A stretch of 13,360 nt of DNA. Origin: Candidatus Nanohaloarchaea archaeon (GTDB lineage: Archaea; Nanohalarchaeota; Nanosalinia; Nanosalinales; Nanosalinaceae). The notes beneath the pieces are model-generated. The model ran no database searches. It was not told the origin of the DNA and worked only from the letters and a program-made list of their open reading frames with translations. Position 1 is the first letter of the stretch. Each line of letters begins with the position of its first letter. The stretch spans positions 1-13,360 of the forward strand of contig JAWOFP010000044.1 of assembly GCA_046497485.1 (NCBI GenBank). Direction: 5' to 3'. Below are positions 7,392 to 13,360 of the stretch, one piece after another. A program made the translations under genes and the position numbers.

Positions 7392-8957
7392 TTAACTCAT
7401 TTTCTGAATTACTTCTTCACATATATCTATAATCTCATTAGGATCGTCCACATCAAACTTTCCAGTATACTGTTCTCTATGCAGTTTTAGGAAAAATTCT
7501 GCCAAAGACTCCATTGATTCCTCTTCGGTAGGCATCGTCTCAGCCAGTTCTTTGTATGTCATCTCTCTTTCAAGTTCCAGTGTTCTCTCTAGGAATCCTT
7601 TCATGATATGAGCAGTCTTGATTGAGGCCTCTTCATCGTCCAGTTCTCTGTACTGATCAAGTATTTCACTGACTCTGTCAGCGTTAATTCCGGAGTTTTT
7701 ATCTTCGCTTTTTCCATTATCTCTGCTTAACTTGTTTCTAATGTTAGACTTGAGGTCTTCAATTTTTTCCTTAGTGGATTTTCCTTGATCTTCTTCGCTG
7801 CCCTCATCGTCCCACCTGACCGCACCCATAAGCATCTCGAGATCTTCTTCTGCCTCCTCTCGCATCTCCTCATGCTCTTCCTTGGACTCCTCCTTTTCAT
7901 CAATACTTTCGGCTATCTTCTCCAAGTCCTCAGTGCTGGAACTCCTTAATTCTTCCTCTTCCATTCCCTGATCTGAAAGCTTTTCGATCAAATGCTCTCT
8001 ATGCTCCTTCTCAGACCTGATTTTTTCCAGATCTTTAACAGAAAAGTTTTCAAGCTCCTCATCGCTCATATCCAGGTCAAGATCACCCGCTAACTCTTTC
8101 TTTTTTTCCTTTGAACTTTCATTTTCAGACTTTGGATCCTCACTATCTTCATTTTCTTCCTCTGATTGATCTACTTCATCATCCTCTTTTTCTTTTTCGG
8201 AGGCCTCATCAGATTCATCTTCATCATTTTCTTCATCCGACTCGTTATCATCGTCCTCGGAATCCTCCTCGTCATTATCAGAGTCTTCTTCATTTTCTTC
8301 CTCGCTTTCAGATTCCTCTGATTCACTATCCTCTTCTGAATCTTTCTCCTCTGATTCTTCCTCTTTATCATCATTTTCTACTTCTTTACCTAGGCCTTCA
8401 TCTTCTCTAACTTCATCGAGATCTTCCTTTAATTTTTCCAGATCTTCATGAGCCTTCTCCATGTCCTGACCCACTTGTCTCTTCTTAATCTTTTTCTCAA
8501 GAAAGCTCTTAGCAGTCTTACGGTTCTTTACACGCTCTTCCGCGTTCAACACGTTTTCAAGCTGCTCAGCAGTCAAAGGATTTTCATTAACAAACTCCTT
8601 CAACTCATTGACTGTTCCACCGACTAAATCAATCAGCTTATCCTGGTCGATATCAATATTCTCTTCATCGAAATGCTCGATGTCCTCAACTCTCTCAATT
8701 TCATTAATTAAATCGGATAATTCGCCTACATCGTTATCTGCTAGGCCTAGATAAGCTGAGACATTCTCCTCTGTTATTTGTCTATCGATAAACTCTATTA
8801 TTTCGTCCCTGTTTTTACCTGAAGATTCGGCTTCTTTCAACGCTCTCAGATCATTCAAAGTTAACTCCATCTCTGAGACTTTTTCCTTGAAATCTCCGCT
8901 ACTTCCGGTTGTTAGTTCGGAAATATTTCCTATACTCAGCTTTCTATCATCCGACAT
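7392..8957 (-). CDS. Very acidic soluble protein with two 50-aa AE-x3-KNR repeats, a D/E low-complexity tract and a C-terminal helical domain resembling Bat-locus accessory domains (DUF4129/DUF4381-like)
   Basis: Internal repeats at residues 12-61 and 108-157; C-terminal IMKGFLERTLELEREMTYKELA...LAEFFLKLHREQY; lies directly downstream of the VWA gene; no TM helix or signal peptide. Confidence 0.65.
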   Translation of the reverse strand: MSDDRKLSIGNISELTTGSSGDFKEKVSEMELTLNDLRALKEAESSGKNRDEIIEFIDRQITEENVSAYLGLADNDVGELSDLINEIERVEDIEHFDEENIDIDQDKLIDLVGGTVNELKEFVNENPLTAEQLENVLNAEERVKNRKTAKSFLEKKIKKRQVGQDMEKAHEDLEKLKEDLDEVREDEGLGKEVENDDKEEESEEKDSEEDSESEESESEEENEEDSDNDEEDSEDDDNESDEENDEDESDEASEKEKEDDEVDQSEEENEDSEDPKSENESSKEKKKELAGDLDLDMSDEELENFSVKDLEKIRSEKEHREHLIEKLSDQGMEEEELRSSSTEDLEKIAESIDEKEESKEEHEEMREEAEEDLEMLMGAVRWDDEGSEEDQGKSTKEKIEDLKSNIRNKLSRDNGKSEDKNSGINADRVSEILDQYRELDDEEASIKTAHIMKGFLERTLELEREMTYKELAETMPTEEESMESLAEFFLKLHREQYTGKFDVDDPNEIIDICEEVIQKMS

Positions 8958-8986
8958 AACAAGAATTTAGTAGGCCTTAAATAATA
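8958..8986 (-). promoter_or_regulatory. Putative leaderless promoter: TATTATTTA-AGGCCT-N14-ATG
   Basis: AT-rich box 21-29 nt upstream of ATG 8957, with AGGCCT at 8972-8977. Confidence 0.5.
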
Positions 8987-8988
8987 CT

Positions 8989-9942
8989 TTAGGGTATGAC
9001 TTCGAAATCGGTAGTCCTGTAAACTGCATCTAGTACAAGTAGAATTCCAGCGAGCATAATCAGGTAGCGGGAAACATCAGTCTCGACCTCTTGCTCCTCT
9101 AACTCAACTATAGAGTCTTCCAGGCCTTCACGGCTTGTAGCGAATCTTGCCTCGCCGCCAGTCTCATTCGCTAGACCTATCAATTTAGTCTGATTTAGGT
9201 TAGGGAACTGAGCCCGAGTAGCTTCTTCACCTCTTATCGTATCGTCAGTCTCTTCCTCTTCTGTTTCTGCCTCTCCGATACCAATCGGGTTCACTGTAAC
9301 ATTTTGTCTAGCTGCAAACTCTGCAGCCTCCTCAATTGACTGCCCAACGTTGTTTGTTCCGTCTGTAATCAGTATAACCGTTTTAGTCTGATTAGAAGAC
9401 ATAAGCATTGACGAGCTTGTAGCAACTGCATCACCTGTGGCTGTACCTGCTGACTCGCCCATCTCAACGTTGTTGATTGCGGCCCGAACCTGGCTCATAT
9501 CCGAGTTCAATTCTAATTCTTCATTCACATCTCCAGCGTAGGATACGACTCCTACATTACTAGAGTTGCCGAGTCTGCCTACAAACTGGTTACTGGTCTC
9601 TTTTGAGGCCTCGAACCGGTTAGGCTCGACATCCCCTGTAAACATTGAGGAAGAAACATCCATTGTGATAACAAAGTCGTTGTCTGCGCCTTGGACAGTC
9701 TGAACTATCGCTGGACTGGAAAGGCCTATCAATAAGCAGGTAATTGCTAAAATCCGGGTTATCATAATTAATGTATCTGACCGGATTAAATCGCCTCCAG
9801 CGACCTTCTTCAAGGTCTTGTAGTTTCCGAACTTCATGGTCCTTTCTTTCTTTTTAGTTCTTCCATACATGAAAATCAGAATAACTAATCCGTTCAATAG
9901 TAGTAGCATATTTGCGTACTGATCCGTGAATATAAGTTTCAC
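8989..9942 (-). CDS. BatA-like von Willebrand factor A domain membrane protein
   Basis: BatA-type N-terminal TM pair (...RILAITCLLIGLSSP), MIDAS motif DVSSS, PNRFEASK, GTATGDA, ILITDG and a C-terminal TM helix. The GTG start overlaps the upstream TGA (GTGA at 9942-9939). Confidence 0.9.
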   Translation of the reverse strand: MKLIFTDQYANMLLLLNGLVILIFMYGRTKKKERTMKFGNYKTLKKVAGGDLIRSDTLIMITRILAITCLLIGLSSPAIVQTVQGADNDFVITMDVSSSMFTGDVEPNRFEASKETSNQFVGRLGNSSNVGVVSYAGDVNEELELNSDMSQVRAAINNVEMGESAGTATGDAVATSSSMLMSSNQTKTVILITDGTNNVGQSIEEAAEFAARQNVTVNPIGIGEAETEEEETDDTIRGEEATRAQFPNLNQTKLIGLANETGGEARFATSREGLEDSIVELEEQEVETDVSRYLIMLAGILLVLDAVYRTTDFEVIP

Positions 9943-10835
9943 CAGTCACCACCTTCCTCATCTAAGTATTTAGCAAATTTAGCGGAAAAGTTATCCCGTG
10001 AATCCACCTTAATTATCGATGCTCCTGCCGATTCGACTTTGTTGATTACTCTCTGCTCCTCTTTTTCAGCTTCTTCCTCATATTCATCCTTAACTTTGGA
10101 AGTATTGACAACTAGCTGATCATTTCCTGAGGCCTTCTCAAACCTCATGTTCCCGTTTTCCGGGAGCTTGTAGTCTCTGAGATCTTTCACCATTATGTTC
10201 ATGACATGCCGGAACTTTTTCGATGCGACAAGCATCTTAGCTTTCCAGTCTCCTTGAATATCTATAAAATCCGATACAATGAACAATGAAGTATTTTCCT
10301 TAATCTGTCCTACAACACTGTCGAGAGCGTCTTCAAGATCAAACTGGCCTCCGTAATTATCAAATCTAGTGACTTCAGTCAAGATCTTTTGGTACTGAAC
10401 CTGGCCTCCTGAAGGAAGCATAACAAGTTCATCGTCTCCATAAATCCCGAACCCAACATTAGATCCCATATCAATTGAAGCATAAGCTAAAGCGGCGCAT
10501 ATGATGGCGGAGTACTCTGATTTCAACTTGTCTGCGGTCCCAAACATCATGGAGTCGGAGGCATCTAAGACAATGAAAATATCCATGTCCTTCTCCTCCT
10601 CATACTCCTTCACATAAAGATCGTCACCGGTCGCGGAGTTCTTCCAGTCAATCCTTGAGGCATCATCGCTTGTCTGATACTGCCGGAGATCCGAGAACTC
10701 GATTCCCGAGGCCTGGAACTGCTCTTTGTACTTCAAGGCAAACATGAATGCGTCCGCCACCTTCTTCACCTCGGTATCCACTTTCTGGGTCAGGTCATCT
10801 TTCCCGAAAAAGTCTTCAGCTCTGATATCCGACAT
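9939..10835 (-). CDS. DUF58 (COG1721) protein with a VWA-like domain
   Basis: GIEFSDLRQYQTSDDASRIDWKNSA, LYVKEYEEE, IVLDASDSMMFG, FIVSDF; located immediately downstream of MoxR. Confidence 0.92.
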   Translation of the reverse strand: MSDIRAEDFFGKDDLTQKVDTEVKKVADAFMFALKYKEQFQASGIEFSDLRQYQTSDDASRIDWKNSATGDDLYVKEYEEEKDMDIFIVLDASDSMMFGTADKLKSEYSAIICAALAYASIDMGSNVGFGIYGDDELVMLPSGGQVQYQKILTEVTRFDNYGGQFDLEDALDSVVGQIKENTSLFIVSDFIDIQGDWKAKMLVASKKFRHVMNIMVKDLRDYKLPENGNMRFEKASGNDQLVVNTSKVKDEYEEEAEKEEQRVINKVESAGASIIKVDSRDNFSAKFAKYLDEEGGDW

Positions 10836-10867
10836 AAGAAATTAGTAGGTAGGCCTCGAATAAAAAA
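10836..10867 (-). promoter_or_regulatory. Putative leaderless promoter: TTTTTTATTCG-AGGCCT-N15-ATG
   Basis: T-rich TATA-like box 24-32 nt upstream of ATG 10835, with AGGCCT at 10851-10856. The T-run could also terminate the moxR transcript. Confidence 0.5.
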
Positions 10868-10873
10868 TAAGGC

Positions 10874-11884
10874 TTACCTTACTGGCACTCGGTTCACAAT
10901 GTTTTCAATAATATCTTCAACTTCGATTCCTTCTGCTTCTCCCTCATAGTTAAGCATTATTCTGTGGATGAAAACCTCTTCTATAACTGCCCTGATATCT
11001 TCAGGAGTTACATAATGCCGCTCATTGTACAATGCGTGGGCTCTTCCTGCTAAAGCCAGGTTAATAGAAGCTCTCGGTGTACATCCCCACTCAATATATT
11101 CCTCATATTCCAAATCATAGTCGGCAGGGTTTCTTGATGCGTCCACTAGGTCTACAATATACTCTTTAATTTCCTGTCTAACTGTTACCTGCTTCGCAAA
11201 TTCTTGAAGATCTGTAACATCTTGAGCAGTTACAACCTCATTAACATTGAAATCCTCATCATCCATAATGTTCGCGTTCATATCGATAATCTTTTGCTCA
11301 TTCTTCTTCTTAGGATAATCCAGGTAAATCTTGAACAAAAAACGATCAATCTGAGCCTCAGGGAGCGGATAGGTTCCACCTTGTTCTACAGGATTCTGTG
11401 TAGCCATTGTAAAGAAAGGCTCAGGTAAATGGAAGGTCTCATCGCCGATAGAAACCTTATGCTCCTGCATTGCCTCAAGCATCGCAGACTGAACTTTTGG
11501 AGGAGCACGGTTAATCTCATCCGCCAAAATGAAGTTAGCGAAGATAGGACCCTTCTCGACATAGAAACCTTTATCCTCGTTGTAGGCCTCAACGCCGACA
11601 ATATCTGAAGGAAGCTTGTCAGGTGTGAACTGGATTCGTGCGAACTCAGTATCTTCGACAACTCTACCCAGTTGCTCAACTAAAAGGCTTTTACCTAGGC
11701 CTGGTACTCCTTCAAGCAGAATGTTTCCTCCGGCACAGACTGTCAGTATGATCTTGTTAATAACATTTTCTTGGCCGATATATCCTTTCTGGATCTCTTC
11801 TTCCATTCGATGCATGATCTCGCTGAAATGCTCAGCCTTCTCTTGCATCTCATCATCACTCAAATCTGCATACTTACTAGCCAT
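10874..11884 (-). CDS. moxR: MoxR family AAA+ ATPase (MoxR-proper type)
   Basis: Walker A GVPGLGKS, RIQFTPD, Walker B ILADEINRAPPKVQSAMLEAM, ATQNPVEQGGTYPLPEAQIDRF and lid motif GCTPRA. Confidence 0.97.
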   Translation of the reverse strand: MASKYADLSDDEMQEKAEHFSEIMHRMEEEIQKGYIGQENVINKIILTVCAGGNILLEGVPGLGKSLLVEQLGRVVEDTEFARIQFTPDKLPSDIVGVEAYNEDKGFYVEKGPIFANFILADEINRAPPKVQSAMLEAMQEHKVSIGDETFHLPEPFFTMATQNPVEQGGTYPLPEAQIDRFLFKIYLDYPKKKNEQKIIDMNANIMDDEDFNVNEVVTAQDVTDLQEFAKQVTVRQEIKEYIVDLVDASRNPADYDLEYEEYIEWGCTPRASINLALAGRAHALYNERHYVTPEDIRAVIEEVFIHRIMLNYEGEAEGIEVEDIIENIVNRVPVR

Positions 11885-11914
11885 ACAAAGTAATCGGTAG
11901 GCCTTGAATAAAAA
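11885..11914 (-). promoter_or_regulatory. Putative leaderless promoter: TTTTTATTCA-AGGCCT-N14-ATG
   Basis: TATA-like box 23-30 nt upstream of ATG 11884, with AGGCCT at 11899-11904. Confidence 0.55.
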
Positions 11915-11937
11915 TGATGCGAAAAAAGTTCTGTAGA

Positions 11938-12345
11938 TTAATTTTCCAGAAAGCTTTCAATACCCTCGATTATAATTCCTTCAAGCTCTGCAGCGATTGA
12001 GTCAGCTATCTTACCTTCATAGACGGGCCTGTAGAAACCAGTGTTGTAACTTAATCCATCTTCAGAATATTCTAACTGAAGCTCGGGATGAAAGTTTTTA
12101 GGATTCAGATCGACTTCCTGTGGATACTCATCCGGAGTTAACTGCGGGACCAGTGTCAGGCGATCTTCTGTTTCGAAGGCAAAGATATTACTGACTGTCA
12201 AACTCCTGTCCTCGAGATAATCAGAGAAACTTTCTAATCCTTCAAAATCCACTTCATAATCCGGGTCAAGCTCTGCTCTTAATTCACTAACAGTTCCAGA
12301 TTTAACAATTTTCAGGCCTTTATCACTGTACTGAACCTCTGCCAT
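11938..12345 (-). CDS. Acidic hypothetical protein, paralogue of 12384-12890
   Basis: 135-aa ORF sharing four collinear motifs with the adjacent ORF. Confidence 0.7.
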   Translation of the reverse strand: MAEVQYSDKGLKIVKSGTVSELRAELDPDYEVDFEGLESFSDYLEDRSLTVSNIFAFETEDRLTLVPQLTPDEYPQEVDLNPKNFHPELQLEYSEDGLSYNTGFYRPVYEGKIADSIAAELEGIIIEGIESFLEN

Positions 12346-12383
12346 AACATTAATCTGTTAGTAAACTGTTAACTCTCTTCCGC

Positions 12384-12890
12384 TCAGTAAACTTCTCTTT
12401 CAAGGCCTTCAACAATTAACTCATCAGAATAATCAGCTAACCTTCCCAGCAGCTTCCTGAAAACAGGATTAGGAAAACCAGGGTTATCTGCCTCCATAGA
12501 GAATACTCTATCATAAGTCACACCTTCTGCTCCATAAACCTCATCCACATGAACATCTAATTCAGGCCTAAAAAGTCTGGAAACCACATTGTCACTGCTA
12601 TAATCAATTTCTGGAGAAACCACTAAGTTATACAGCGAATCCTCCGTGGAGAACGAAAACTCCCAGTCACGCACATCAAAACCATTCGACTCCAGATAAT
12701 TCTCAAAACTTTTCCAATCATCTTCACAGTGAACATTTTCAAACCAGTCATCCAAGCCACGATCCATACCACGAGTAAAATCATTAAACCTAGAACCCTC
12801 CAAAACACTCACAGGCAAATCAGGCCTATCAACAACAACTGTTAACTCCGAAGGACTATCTTCTTCAACATAACCAGTAAAACCACTCAC
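12384..12890 (-). CDS. Acidic hypothetical protein, paralogue of 11938-12345
   Basis: 168-aa ORF with a GTG start and a TATA-like TTTTATC 23-29 nt upstream; shares motifs with the neighbouring ORF. Confidence 0.7.
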   Translation of the reverse strand: MSGFTGYVEEDSPSELTVVVDRPDLPVSVLEGSRFNDFTRGMDRGLDDWFENVHCEDDWKSFENYLESNGFDVRDWEFSFSTEDSLYNLVVSPEIDYSSDNVVSRLFRPELDVHVDEVYGAEGVTYDRVFSMEADNPGFPNPVFRKLLGRLADYSDELIVEGLEREVY

Positions 12891-12956
12891 AGAATATAGT
12901 TAGGCCTCAAAAGATAAAATAATACAGTTCAGATAAGTTGCTTAAAAATGCTGTTC

Positions 12957-13020
12957 AAAAAAAATTAACACTCAACAGGCCTACTATCTGAGTCAATTAG
13001 AAAGAAGAAAAAGAAAAGAA
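12957..13020 (-). terminator. Pyrimidine tract, imperfect hairpin and T8 run downstream of the 13034-13360 gene
   Basis: The - strand reads TTCTTTTCTTTTTCTTCTTTCT, then AATTGACTCA...TGAGTGTTAA, then TTTTTTTT. Confidence 0.55.
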
Positions 13021-13033
13021 ATTGAAATGTGGT

Positions 13034-13360
13034 TTATTCTGCCGCTGAAGCAAGTACTGTGATAGTACCTTCAGAGATTCTGTCTTGATCAATTCCCTGT
13101 GGAACTTGAATTCCAATATTCACTGGGAATGAGTCGCCAGGCTGTAACTGGTTTCCTGGACTCCCTGCATCAAGAATTGCTGCCTGTGATCCTGCGGTTG
13201 ACCTTCCTGGAGCGGTTGCACCAGTCGGTGAATCTAGATCGATGTTGAACTTGGTTCTGATAAGGTGTGCGCCGTCATCTGTGTCTGCGTAAGGATAAAG
13301 GTTGTAAATTCTAACCTGTTCATCTACAAGATTTACATCGCTTGGTACACTTGCAGATCC
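13034..13360 (-). CDS. 3' end (108 aa) of a gene absent from the ORF track; probable secreted beta-sandwich/fibre subunit
   Basis: My translation: GSASVPSDVNLVDEQVRIYNLYPYADTDDGAHLIRTKFNIDLDSPTGATAPGRSTAGSQAAILDAGSPGNQLQPGDSFPVNIGIQVPQGIDQDRISEGTITVLASAAE*. The TAA stop is at 13036-13034 and the frame is open to the window edge. Confidence 0.75.
   Translation of the reverse strand, partial: GSASVPSDVNLVDEQVRIYNLYPYADTDDGAHLIRTKFNIDLDSPTGATAPGRSTAGSQAAILDAGSPGNQLQPGDSFPVNIGIQVPQGIDQDRISEGTITVLASAAE

Larger units (their letters stand above)
406..12982. repeat. Dispersed palindromic hexamer AGGCCT, 39 copies
   Basis: Hand-counted start positions: 406, 452, 1125, 1544, 1602, 1884, 2125, 2378, 2625, 3188, 3559, 3971, 4860, 5021, 5543, 6220, 6534, 6584, 7306, 7625, 8201, 8392, 8743, 8972, 9122, 9606, 9722, 10130, 10709, 10851, 11584, 11697, 11899, 12314, 12403, 12564, 12822, 12902, 12977. 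Confidence 0.92.

Noticed and set aside
8111..8410. His/Leu-rich + strand ORF and Lys/Met/Arg-rich alternative-frame ORF (8171-8374)
   Set aside because: Both are by-products of GAA/GAT codon runs in the acidic tract.
12355..12371. Direct repeat CTGTTA-N5-CTGTTA upstream of the 135-aa gene
   Set aside because: It is only 6 bp in AT-rich DNA and cannot be distinguished from chance.
11204..12808. ORFs at 11204-11428, 11386-11679, 11616-11900 and 12623-12808
   Set aside because: They overlap moxR or the 168-aa gene in other frames and show no recognisable motifs.
406..12982. AGGCCT as a StuI cloning or assembly artefact, or as a CRISPR/REP repeat
   Set aside because: The sites lie inside intact conserved ORFs such as moxR without disrupting them, spacing is irregular and the flanks are not conserved.
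1..13360. tRNA/rRNA genes, transposases, integrases and defence genes
   Set aside because: No intergenic gap exceeds about 145 bp, none is GC-rich and structured like a stable RNA, and no ORF shows the relevant motifs.

Overview
This is a gene-dense archaeal window (GC about 40% by eye) encoding strongly acidic proteins. Its short intergenic gaps carry TATA-like boxes about 25 nt before start codons and have no obvious Shine-Dalgarno sites. This fits a halophilic DPANN lineage such as Nanohaloarchaeota (inference). From left to right it contains: the 3' end of a probable GT2 membrane glycosyltransferase; a membrane-anchored thioredoxin-fold protein lacking CxxC; a transmembrane winged-HTH protein; and two hypothetical genes around a divergent promoter. 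Next is a translationally coupled + strand trio of secreted, sequon-rich Ig-like surface proteins, converging on a - strand MoxR / DUF58 / BatA-like VWA / acidic-protein module. The window ends with two diverged tandem paralogues and the 3' end of a gene missing from the ORF track, whose C-terminus resembles that of the 588-aa surface protein. The strongest unexplained signal is the palindromic hexamer AGGCCT: I counted 39 copies by hand against about 2 expected. It occurs in all reading frames and sits at a near-fixed position between the TATA box and the start codon of four genes, resembling a HIP1-like iterated palindrome. I saw no RNA genes, CRISPR arrays or mobile elements.
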